Source: Eledone cirrhosa (Eukaryota). Taken from it: a DNA stretch of 64,000 nucleotides. The stretch's first letter is position 1. Every line of letters starts with the position of its first letter. The stretch lies in assembly GCA_964016885.1 (NCBI GenBank), contig OZ024740.1, forward strand, positions 128,216,001-128,280,000, written 5' to 3'. The notes below the pieces were generated by a model. That model did not search any database. It saw only the letters and a program-made list of their open reading frames with translations, and was not told where the DNA came from. Position numbers and translations under genes: made by a program. Of this stretch, positions 1 to 11,574 are shown in pieces.

Positions 1-3
1 AGG

Positions 4-2028
4 TTGCGTTGGCGTGCCTTTTATTTCGATAATCCGCGAAAAGCAGACAACAAACAGGATAAATTTGGATTTAAAACCTATAATAACCCTCCGTGGAACC
101 CAGCATTGCTACCCTTCGAATATGATGTCTTGGAACTCATTCGGAATATCAAATTTCGGAATAGGAGCAATTCCTTCCAGCAAGACCTGAAGAATAGAAT
201 TCGTTCTATTAAGGATTCTAACGCCGTGCACCTCCATTCCGACAAAACTGGCAACCTATATCAGGTGGAGCGCAGTACTTACCATCAACTACTACATAAT
301 GCTGTAACTAAGGATTACCGTAAAACTAATCGGTGCGTCATCAATGAAATCAGCGATGCTGGGTTTAAAATCACATCTGATCTCAACATCCTGGACCGGA
401 TCGAACCTCTGAACCCTATCTCTCCCCACTTTACTCTGAAGGATCACAAATCCAATTTTCCGAACAACCCCTCTATTCGGCTTATTAACCCTACGAAGTC
501 CGATTTAGGTAGACTTAGTAAAACGATTCTTGATAGGATTATACCTGAAATTAGAAGTTTGGCCCCTCTCGCTCTGTGGAACAATTCTTTCGCGGTGATT
601 GATTGGTTCAACGGCATATGTAACAAGGATCATTGCCGTTTTATCCAATTCGACATCAACAATTACTACTCCTCCATCACTTTACCACTTCTCCTTAGAG
701 CTATCAATTTCGCTAAAACACTCACAGTGGTTAAGGATTTTGAAGTTGATGTCATCCTTAATGCCCGAAAGTCGGTGATTAATTTCGACGACTCTATTTG
801 GATTAAAAAATCCAATAATACCCCATTCGACGTGAGTATGGGCGCCAGTCACTCTGCGGAGGTTACTGATCTTATTGGCCTTTTCCTTCTTTTCTCTATC
901 AAGGACGAATTCCCCAACGCGGGCGGTGGTTTGTACCGTGACGATCGTCTTTTGACCATGACTAAGTGCGGACCTCGTGCTTGCGACAGGTTCAGAAAAG
1001 AACTCACAGCCTTCTTTAAAGGCTTCAACCTCTCTATACGGGTTGAGGCCAATCTCTCGGTCGTTAATTACCTCGACGTTACCCTCAATTTATTGAATGG
1101 GTTGTATTACCCGTATAGAAAGCCGAATGATACGCTTAATTACATAAGTAAGCATTCCAACCATCCTGCCAGCATAACCATGAACCTGGTAAGAAACGTT
1201 TCGTTGAGGCTTTCCCGTCTTTCCACCAACGAGCGCATTTTCAACGACCATTCCACTTATTACAATGAAGCTCTTGCTCGAAGTGGATTTGTCGATAAGG
1301 TAGCATATACTGAGTACGAAAATAGACCTAGAAGAAATAGATCCCGTCGCATTTGTTGGTTTAACCCACCATATAATATGGAGGTAGCCGCACCATTAGC
1401 TAAGATCTTTCTTTCCCTTATTACGAAGCATTTTCCCCCTACACATAAATATAGTAAAATTTTTAAAAGAAATACTATTAAAATTTCTTACTCTACGACT
1501 CCTAACCTTGCACATAACATCACAGCTTCAAATTTAGCTAAACTACCTAGCCGTAGGAACACGTGCAACCCGGTAGTTAGTACTAACTGTAATTGTAGGA
1601 ATCGGGCTGATTGCCCCCTATCCGGGAAATGCCTCTCTAGTAACATTGTCTACAAATGTAAGGTTGTAACACCCACGTCCCGTAGGGCCTACATAGGGTT
1701 AACCGCCAATAGTTTCAAGCAGCGTCTTTACATGCATACCCATTCTTTTCGTTACCCTCTAAGAAGGAATATGACGTCACTTTCAGCTTATATCTGGAGT
1801 CTAAAAGACAACCACACCCAATAGAAGTTACACTGGGAGATCCTAGCTAGGGCTAGATCGTATAACGGAAATACAAGACCATGTGACCTCTGCGCCGCTG
1901 AGGCCCTGGAAATACTCTACGCCACAGACCACATCTTAAACAAAAAATCTGAGGCAATTTCGGCTTGTAAACATAAATTGCACAAAACTTTCCTGTATTA
2001 CAGCCCCACGTTATACCCTAACGGATAG
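4..2028 (+). pseudogene. PLE RT + GIY-YIG ORF with one premature TAG
   Basis: The 606-aa ORF stops at TAG 1822-1824, where sister copies at 35.1 and 37.5 kb have TAT (Tyr). The frame continues to ...YSPTLYPNG* at 2028, matching ORF 37454..37723. Confidence 0.9.
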
Positions 2029-2609
2029 CACGATCTATACGTGGATATTTTACGTCTTGATGTGGGAGCTAAGTATATGTTTGTTTATTCCTTTACTTAT
2101 TTGCATAGGTAAGTATATATTACCCGTATGTTTTGTGAAGGTATGTATACCTTCTCGTACGTATATTTGACTGTTATGGCGTATCATTTTTACATATTCT
2201 GGTATTTAGTGTTTGGCTATGTGTATACGGGAGTTTTGCGTCTGCGTGAGTATGCAGGTTCGTACGTATGGTGGGTGTGTGTATATGTGTACTTCTTGTT
2301 TTAGTTGACTTACGTCTCCGAACATTCGTGTATTTATATGTAGGTAAGTGTGTGCGCTTGTTATATACGTATTTATTTATTTATATACGTTTATATAATT
2401 ATTTATTTATTTGTACACAAGCATACACACACACACATATTTATATGTGCGTGGTTTTGTATACCTATGGTAAGGTTTTGCGTATGCTTGTGTATGTACG
2501 TATCTGTTTGCGTGTATGTATTTATTTGTTTCTATTACTTCTGTATTGTATTTATTTACTTTGTTCTTAACTCTGTAGCGGAGATTCATTTGGTCTCCTA
2601 GTTAGAATT

Positions 2610-2865
2610 TTAGTCTACCACTTCTGCTTACCATTTACGTGATTTTGTCTTTGCGTGCTATTGTTCTCCACGCTCCACATATGACTTATTATCTTCGTTT
2701 TTTCGTTCATTGCCAGAGAACGTCTCTATGCACCACCTAAGAGAACATTAGTCTACGACCTCTTTTATACCATAAACGTGGTTCTGTCTTTGCGCGTAAT
2801 TGTTTTTCGCCGCTCCTATTAATGACGTATTATTCGTTTTTTCCCGTTCTTTGCCAGCGAACGTT
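2610..2865 (+). repeat. Imperfect ~140-bp tandem duplication in the P1 3' UTR
   Basis: TAGTCTAC...TGTCTTTGCG...CGTTC(A/T)TTGCCAG(A/C)GAACGT occurs at ~2610-2722 and ~2749-2865. Confidence 0.7.
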
Positions 2866-3021
2866 ACCACGAACCAAAGTATCGTCTTCCTGTCTTCCTC
2901 CGGTTGCAACGTTTTTTGAAATATCCAGTTCTGCGTTTACAGATTGACTTTGTTAGTTTCAGAAGATCCCGTTAAGGGTGAAAGCAGCGATTCTTTGCTT
3001 AAACTTTAATCTGTTATTTTA

Positions 3022-3025
<4 letters not shown>

Positions 3026-3070
<45 letters not shown>

Positions 3071-3074
3071 TATA
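3026..3074. repeat. (TA)n microsatellite at the P1 3' end
   Basis: Directly visible. Confidence 0.97.
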
Positions 3075-3899
3075 CTTTTTGATGAGTTAGTTTTAAAGAA
3101 TAAAATATTATGAAAATATTTTTTTTTTATGAATCCCCCGAGGGTGTGTGGCCCTAAAATATAGCTTAAAGGTAAATCCACCACTGTGTAGATCCGATGG
3201 CAGCATTGACAATATTTAACATTATTAGAATATTTATCATTGATTGGTAATTTTATCAATTTATTGTAGAAATTATTATGTGAGGGCTGCGAATTTCAAT
3301 TAGCAGATTTAATTATGTTCATTCTCTGTTTACGTTTGCCCATGACATTACTCTGTACAAGACATAAAGTTGTTGTATTTACCAGTCAGCTTCATACGAC
3401 CGACCTTCAAATAGTTTTTATAAACCGATGCATTTTAATGGTTAGATAAAATTATTTTCTACTTACATACGTAATTTTTATAAGCTCATATATGGCATCA
3501 TAAATGGTTAACGGACATACATTATGGGCATTAAAACATAAAATATTTTCATTAAGCTTAAACAAACAAAACATCCTCTAACCTTATGCATATCCCCGTG
3601 ATGTTTTTGAAAATACATTTTACGGTATCTTGTTTCATATGAAGACCTAAGCATTTTAGATGATGAGATTGCTCAATTCAGTTGAGACACTTGGTTGAAA
3701 ATATCATTTGCTATAACAATTAATGTAACTGAAAAACGACCATCGGTTCACTGTTTATTCTTTAAATTTACAGTAGAATAACTTTGAAAATATATTTTAA
3801 ATATATACATAAATAACATAACAAAAGCATAAATAACATTATAAATTGCTCGCAATTCGTTCAGAAAGACAAATATGTCTAAACAGTGTATAATAACAC

Positions 3900-6800
3900 A
3901 ACATATAAATTCATTTAACAAAAATGATTAAGGAGAGAAGAAAGATGGGGGAAAAGGAGGGGGGATCAATTCCCCACCAAATGCGATAATCGGTCGCATC
4001 TCACACCTTAGGGGTTAACTGCACACATTCAAGCAATCCAACACGGTCGCAGAATTACCATGGGTGATGCCGACGCTAATGCGCTGAAATAACTAGGCAC
4101 CCTCACGGGCATCACCTGACACCTAAGAAAGGTAAGCCGCCACTGAAGACAAGAACTTCGCTACCAGCGGCCCAACTCCACGGAACGTATCGAACGCCAC
4201 AGGCTAGAAAAAAATTATTATTTGATATGTCCTGGTATTTCCGAATTTTATTCCGTTCGGCAGCGGAAGCAGTGACCCCAACACTCAGCGCGCCGTCCAT
4301 GATGTGGGAGAGAGTAAAAGAGTCACTGACTGTAACGTCCAAGATGAGACACCTACCTCACCCCAGGGACAAATTGTAAGACCATCTGGTCTCTTCCCAT
4401 AACTTTTGATAAACCGGACGGTTGCTGAACTGTGGGGATATCTACCTGAGCCAGGGTCCGATTGATGATCAGGTTTAGCTTGGTGTGAAGGGAAACACGA
4501 CAAGCATTCAGGCGGAGGGAGAAACCGTGTGAACCTGTGGAGTCGAGGGACATAGCACAGCGGCATCTTAGACACCCACAGACGTCTCAGAAGGCCACCA
4601 ATATTGGCCACAGGCAGGGCATCTGTCCAGTCCTCCAAGAACGTTGTGCTAGCAGAAGATAAGCAGCACATAGAAAATTGATCGGAAAGATCAAAGAGAG
4701 AATTGAAAGTTTTCCTCGAACGCAAATTGTCCCATATTCTCTGCTTCCGTCTAACCTCATCAGTAACTGGGACTGACAAACCCAGCTCTCTCCACAGTAG
4801 TAAAGCTTCATCTAAATCCCTGGTAGAACGAGTCCAAGTTGGGAAGTAGATGATGTAACCCACTAAAGGGGAGCAGGCGTGGATGGAGCAAAAAAAGCAA
4901 GGTAGGTACACATACGCAAAATGAGACCTCCAAACTGTTTGGGTAAGGCTGCTTGTTCGTGGGACTCATTAGAGAATCGCACATTGACCAAACCCTCGAG
5001 CTCACTGAGTATTAGGTCGTCGAAGTGTTGAAGAGACGACGAGGATTTGTAAGAGGAACTAACTCTAAAGAAATACAATTGACAGACAATTCTGGAGAAT
5101 GAAAAAACTTTGGTGAGGCTCAATGACTTCCAGGTTTTTTAAAAGTTGCTTGAGGTTAGCCAACTTAAATTGAAAGATGGACTTGAAGGCTTTGTCAGTA
5201 ATTGGAGCCACAAAAGAGCACCACATCGATAGGGGAGGAATCACGATGGAGGGGAAGTACTCTGTGAATAGGTCAGCAATCTCTTGATGTGTAGCTGGGT
5301 GGTTGAGCAGCGAGACCTTGCATTCAGAACAGTTGACTTAAATACCCCTACGGCCCAGCTCCTCAGTCATCGTCTTCACAGTTGTAAGGACCTTGTCTGG
5401 AGGACCTCTACCCCTCAAGCAAGCATCATCCAGATATGACACATTCAGATCCAAGTCAACTCCCAACTTGTTGACGTCATCAATGCCCACAGCAAAAATT
5501 GCAGCCCGTTGGACCCCTGTGGAAATAGAAGGAAAAATTCACCGAAAGTGAGGTAGAAGAGCTCCCAATAGGCTTACCAAGCAAAGTAGTAAAGCTGTGG
5601 GGGAACCTCCTTTACTGGACGGAGAATGATATCCATACTGATGAAATTAAAAACATTCCTGAGATCTAGCATGAGAATGACCTTGGGGATTTTGGAAGGC
5701 ATGTTGGTAAATGCTCTGGTGGTGTCAGCGGTAGCCTGACAATCCAGCTTCGTACACACCCCTAGCTGAATAGGGGAGAATTCTGTGGACAGGCTGGCTG
5801 GAATCGAAGACAGACATACCTGCATCTAAGTGCTATGGGGCGGAGGTCACCGGTGGGCTTTGTGAAACCAAATAGTTTAGCTCCAAAGAACAGGGGGCGG
5901 ATATAAGAGAGGCATTCGCGGACGAGAAAAGGTTGATGAAATGGGTGAGGTTCTCTAATAGCTCAAGGCCGGCATCTCCGGCCGACAAGGATACACAATC
6001 CTTGAAGTGCTGAGGGCGAAGAGCATCAATCCCTGCACCAGAACCCGCCGAAAAGGGTATCATCACCTCCCTGACGATAACTGGGGTGAAGCCAGGTTGC
6101 AAATAACGTGGTGGATCAGGCCATAACGCGGAGGAGCCAGAGGATGTCTCTCTCTCAGGCGGTTGAGTGAATCTGTAGTCCACTGAGCGAAGGATGACAG
6201 AGAGGGGGAGGAGAGGGGAGACGAACAGCCCCTTTAATGTCAAATTCTTTGAATTTAGCAATGACGGCCTTCTTTAACTTCGGCAATCGACCATTGATTG
6301 GAACTGAGTTGATCGCCGACCTGAGATGAGCAATAATTGGGATTGAATCAAACAACTCAAACTGCCGTTTTGGAAAAGTTGTGAGGGATCCGGATTTCAT
6401 GTTGGCCACGTGGAGTGAGACTTGGGAGAACAAGAATAGTTTCTACCAATCCAAGATGCTGGGTAGGCAGGCGTTCTTCAGCAGCTTGGAGAGAGCATGG
6501 GCGAAACTGGACTGAGCTTCCTTTGGGATCCCGTTGATGAGTTTCAACTTAGACAAGTCCCAGGGGGAAGTGGTGAAGTCCTCAACAGAAATCTGAGCGT
6601 CAGATTTAGGTTCAGACCTGCAAAGAGAATCGGCGCATAAGTGGATTTTGTTACACGTCTAGTTTAGGAAACTTTCAGCTTGAACCTTAGTAATGCCAAC
6701 GCAGCTCCTGTGGTAGTTTAGGCGGCAGGTAGTATCGACTGGTTCGGGAACAGAGAGCGCAGTTTGGTGGTCAATTGGCAACAATTGAGGAGTCGCCATT

Positions 6801-7150
6801 AGAAATAGTATTCAGATGGGGAGAAGACGGTGGGGGTAGGTTATCGATAGAGATAGAAGGAGGAACTGGGTGATCAGCATTGACTCTGACAGTTGGACTC
6901 ATTTGGGGGGAAGGTACCTTTGGAGGCAAGCTAACTGTTACGGGGATGGTGGGGTGGATTAGAGGGTGAATAGAACTAATTTCGACAGAATTCTACAATG
7001 GGGGTGGGAGGGAAGAGAAAGGGGGATGCAAGTTAGCTCCCTTGGAATGAGACGGGGGTGTTGGGGAACAGGGGGATGAGCGCTGATAGGATGAGACGAA
7101 AGCCTTGAACCATGCGCGTCTTCTGGTCACTCGGCACATGAACTTAAAAT
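3900..7150 (-). mobile_element. Decayed CRE-like non-LTR retrotransposon (RT + restriction-like endonuclease)
   Basis: Frameshifted fragments: GSGAGIDALRPQHFKD, QLGVCTKLDCQA, LDLRNVFN, YLDD (~5425-5437), QAALPKQFGGLILR, GKRPDGLTICPW / DVTVSDS (RLE). Confidence 0.82.
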
Positions 7151-7264
7151 AATTTAGATTTAAATTTAAGTCTGAATGTTGTGTGTGTTTAAATATATAT
7201 AAAACAGTGAAACTCCGTAACCTCAAAAACTGAAAAAATAGAACAATCTACGTATTTCTATGTA

Positions 7265-7618
7265 TCTATATATATAATACTAAAAGTCTGTGATTGCTTG
7301 CTTGCTTGTCTGTAATGTAATACAGCCAAAAGGGCGCGTAATTTGAAAATACTTTGAAAGGATGTTGCTCCTGAAATGGGAATACAAATGGAATAAAACA
7401 GTTTTCGCGTAAACCGGAGCACGGGTTCCCGAGATATGGGGTTTTTCTGAGTACCTTCATAAACAGAGAGAAAGAGATAGTGGTTGTGAGAGAGTAGACA
7501 GAAAGAGAGACATAGGGAGAGGATAGAGAGAAGGCGAATGGAAGAGAGAGAGAGAGAGCTGGTGGTGTTGGTGTGGTGTGTATATAGATCACAGAGACCC
7601 ACATACACACCCACGCAC

Positions 7619-7677
<59 letters not shown>

Positions 7678-7839
7678 CATACATACACACATGTATATAT
7701 ATATGGGCCTTCCAGTTTCATTTCACATTATATACATGTCTGGGTATATTTTAATTATTTAAAAATTATTTTTAAGTGAACATGATTTTTTTTAAATATT
7801 TTGAAATGAACGTGACCCAACGGGTCACGAGTGGTCTAG
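7265..7839 (+). mobile_element. Non-autonomous Helitron
   Basis: A|TCTATATATATAAT 5' end, subterminal hairpin CGTGACCC-AAC-GGGTCACG (7811-7829), CTAG|T 3' end, no TSD; internal GA/TA microsatellites. Confidence 0.8.
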
Positions 7840-8858
7840 TATACAACTAAAACGTTGAAGAGAGGAAGTTGAAAACTGGAAGAGGAATTTGGGGATCTAG
7901 CAAACAAATGAAATGTTGAGATGGATGTTGTGTGTGTAAACATTTAAAGTTCGATAAAAGTGCAAAGAGCAAAAAAAAAATAGAGCCATGAGATATTGAA
8001 TTATTGAAGAGAGGAAGCTGAAATTGAAGAAATATTTTTGAGATGTATTAAAAACAGTGGAGGACAAATAAATATAGTGCATTCACTTAACACGTGTCAC
8101 GCGTAATTACGAATAAAATGTCAAACTGAAACTTCGATCTCTCAATCCTGATATATATTTCATTCCGGAACTCACCTCCGATTACTTCCGCATTTGCATT
8201 AAACTGGCCCTTATTCAAGAAGGTATGTGACCTGGAAGAAATTTGGCATCTATTTCCAACAGGTCAAGTAACTGCATAGAGGTTTTAACTCCTTCGTTCG
8301 AAACAAATATATTTGTTAGTGTTAGTGGTTTTAACCAAAAGGTTATTGTTGAAATCAGTAATTGTTGACAGGAAAGGTACTATTAACAAATTAACTTGAT
8401 GCAATTCAGCGAGGGAAGGTTTTAGCTGGCCAGCACAGAAAACACTTTCTAAATGAGACAGGACACTTTGTAGTAAAATTATTTCAATGATTCTATTTTG
8501 CTTTTTCCTTTCAACTTTCTGTTTTATTTCAGTTTTTTTCTCCTTTTCTTTTCTTCTTATTAGATTATATGTTGTCTTCTTGTTTTTTTCTCTTGGACTG
8601 CATACTTCTCTTTGTTATATCTATAAGGTTCCATGTGAAACACCGTAGCTATAATACAATTTCCCTCGTTGGACTCATTGTTGTTATGTTATTCTTGGTT
8701 GTAGCAACATGTGGTTGTGTGTGTTGCTGCTGACTCTCTCAGAGCTCCAAGTAAACACCTTCCACATATTCGGTGGCTGAATAATTTGGAGTCATTTAGT
8801 GTAAGAGTTCTGTGTTACAGCCTAGTCAACCCCCACCATTTAACTCTGAATAAAGAAT

Positions 8859-8927
8859 TACGTTAGGCACAAGGCCAGCAATTACCCAGTAATACACTGG
8901 GTAATTGCTGGCCTTGTGCCTAACGTA
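8859..8927. repeat. Perfect 32-bp inverted repeat made from the SINE 3' tail
   Basis: TACGTTAGGCACAAGGCCAGCAATTACCCAGT-aatac-reverse complement; the arm matches the tail of the SINE at 20815-21000. Confidence 0.92.
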
Positions 8928-11384
8928 GAAACAGTTATTTATGATGATATATTGTAGAATGTCCAATTTAGTTTTATTATTCAAAGAAAGTCTAATTGAT
9001 TTGAAACACCAGTAAAAGTTAAATAATTCGACATTCATCAAAAAGACTACTTCATTAGGTGTGTTCGGTTCTTAGAATATCATCTGCGGAAAAAGGTTAA
9101 TGCATGATGAGTGCAAAATCATATTTGATTGAAACTTCTGTTTTAATTAGAAAAAAATAAAAAACAAATTATTAACGATATTCATTAGAAATAATTTAAC
9201 TAAGAATTTACAAGAATTACTTTTAAAATATTCTTATGCTTAACAGGAAATAAGATATTTGTTGGCGGGAATGTATTTCGATTTAATGAAAATTTCTCAG
9301 CGAAATATAGATGACATAAAAACGCTTCATCTACTGCTTTTCCATATAAGGGAAGCAGTAATTTGCATGAAAAACTCATTCATCTGAAAAAAATAACTAA
9401 CGTAAACGTATTGGCTAGATTGAGGGAAATCAAGTATTTATTTTATTCGTTAACTGTTTTTTTCCCCTGCTTCAAAATGATTTAATTGATTGTCAGATCG
9501 CTGTGTTAATAAGGCTGGGATATGTTATAGATTCTCTTAAATGGAAATATGTTTTTAATTACATAACTTACTAAAATTATCTCCCCTATTCTTTGTAAGT
9601 TACTAATAAACCTCTCAGGTGTTTTGTTTTCATTCCTCAAATTCAATTTATTAGGGTTTCCTTCTGTACGTCAATCAATATATCCGTACATAGTTAATTC
9701 ATTTGAAGTTATGCCGTTGACGTACTTAAGTTATTTCCCTTAGTTCATTGTTGTTCCTTTTTATTTGGAAGGTAATATATTTCATAAATCATTAATGTAT
9801 GTATACATACATACATATATATATTCTTTTATTGATCCCTCGGGGAATTCCAGTTCCAATTTTTTATAATTAGAATATTTGTGGTATTGTGCTTATTTTA
9901 GAAATCGTTATTATCATTATTTATCTTCTTCTGATAATCATCATTATTCATTCAGTTACTAATTATCAATGACATTGATATCGTGCAGGAACTGTATTAA
10001 GCTAGAAACAAATTATTAATGGCAACGGTTCAAATAGTTACTAGAGTAATTGAGGGTTGCCGAGACTTCTATTTTTTAAATTAATAATTTCCAATGCAAT
10101 GTTTGACCTCGAAACCCGAGACTCTTTCTTTAACGGTATAAATGTCATATGATCTACATTTACTTTGTTTCCCCCTATGCTACTCCCCTGTTCGCTTTCG
10201 TTCTCAACTGATAACCTTAATGGTTCGAATAATATTCGACAAATATTTTATTCAATTATCCTGTTTAGGTATTTCTTTTAGAAACATTACACCGTATATT
10301 AATTATACTTGTATATCATTACCCTCTTTTCCATGAGTCTAGCAATCTGAAGCAATTTTCTCGACATATTGTGAAACATATTGGCGATATGGTATCTCAT
10401 ATCGTACTCGTTTCCTTATCTAGATGTTCTCGCCATGCTCTCTACTTTCACGATATTCATGGGTAAACATTGAATCGGACCATCATCTCTGGACATACAT
10501 TCTGTTTTATATTTTTTAAAATGTATATGCATTCTATTTTGCCTGCGTTGGTACAGTCGTATTTCATATGTTCGCATGTCTCGTTAAGTCGTTTAGTGTT
10601 GCCGATTAGCTTCGGTATAGGTTCCTTTTGATTCACCCCGACTATTTATATTGTAAATTACTGAATTGTGACATCTATTGGTTATTCCAACCGTTCAACA
10701 CATCCATGTTAACATGTAGTTTGGTGAATTGATTGATTATTCATCTCTAGGTGGAATTCCCGTCGTTTGTCTTTCAGTGTTTCTTAGATGGTTTGGTTTT
10801 ATTAACGTTTTGTTTTTCTAACCGTTGAGCAGTTGTTTGTAATAGTCAAGATTTCTATCAGCAGGAAAAATGTAATGATTTGCCAGGACTCTCGCATTTG
10901 ACGGGGTTAACTGGAAGAGTAATTTCATCAAGACACCGATAACGAATATGTAAAAGAAGAATAGTTTTTCTTTTGGGTTAATACTTAATGTACGTATTGC
11001 TATTCGGTAGTCGCTGCAAGATACGGACAAAAATCATACATAGTAAAAGATAATACAATATCTATTTATAGTTTTTAATAGCTAACTTTATCAAATAAAA
11101 TTTACCCGATATAAAATATATCAAAAACTATATATGCATTAACATTTAACTGAGGTTTAGAAAAAGACGAAATCTAATTTGGTGATTTAAAAAAATCATT
11201 TCTTACAAAACTATTTTGAAAATAATTCTTATTGTAATAATATATATCTGGGGTTTGGTCCGGAGGGTCTCTGTCATGGATCCGGTCGCCGCCGTTATTT
11301 ACCTTGCTGATAATTATTTCATCCTCGATAGAGTAAGTTTTTTTTTTTTTCATGGTGTAAATGGTAAATTTTATTTACTGTAAT

Positions 11385-11565
11385 AATTGTTTCTACTTTA
11401 GCCACAAGACCAGCAATTTGAAGGGAAAGTCGATAAAGGGATGAAAGTCGTAAAGATGAAAGGCAAAGCTAACCTCGGTGGGATTTGAACCCAGAACGTA
11501 AATTCTAGTAACTCTATGCCAAGAAACGTGTTGTCCGACGCTCTACCGATTCTGCCAAACCACTT
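11385..11565 (-). mobile_element. tRNA-derived SINE (diverged)
   Basis: Minus strand: TGGCAGAATCGG A-box, GGTTCAAATCCC B-box, GCCTTTCATC core, AAAGTAGAAACAATTATT tail. Confidence 0.75.
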
Positions 11566-11574
11566 TCCTATTTA

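Larger units (their letters stand above)
1..3025 (+). mobile_element. Penelope-like retroelement, family P1 (Hydra-clade-like); 5' end lies outside the window
   Basis: RT motifs (QFDINNYY, MGA..SAE, GGGLYRDD), linker CNCRNRADCPLSGKC (CxCx5C), GIY-YIG (IVY...YIG). About 1 kb of 3' UTR ends CTGTTATTTTAATAAAT directly into (TA)n. Confidence 0.93.

Noticed and set aside
1822-1824. In-frame stop as programmed readthrough or selenocysteine (reported in Naiad PLEs)
   Set aside because: The codon is TAG, not TGA, and both sister copies have TAT; it is a simple nonsense mutation.
7075-7110. Hammerhead-like CTGATAGGATGAGACGAAAGCC
   Set aside because: The core is not CTGANGA and no stems I/II can be formed.
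9950-11010. Possible CR1/L2 and PLE relics
   Set aside because: Motifs are too degenerate to assign by eye.
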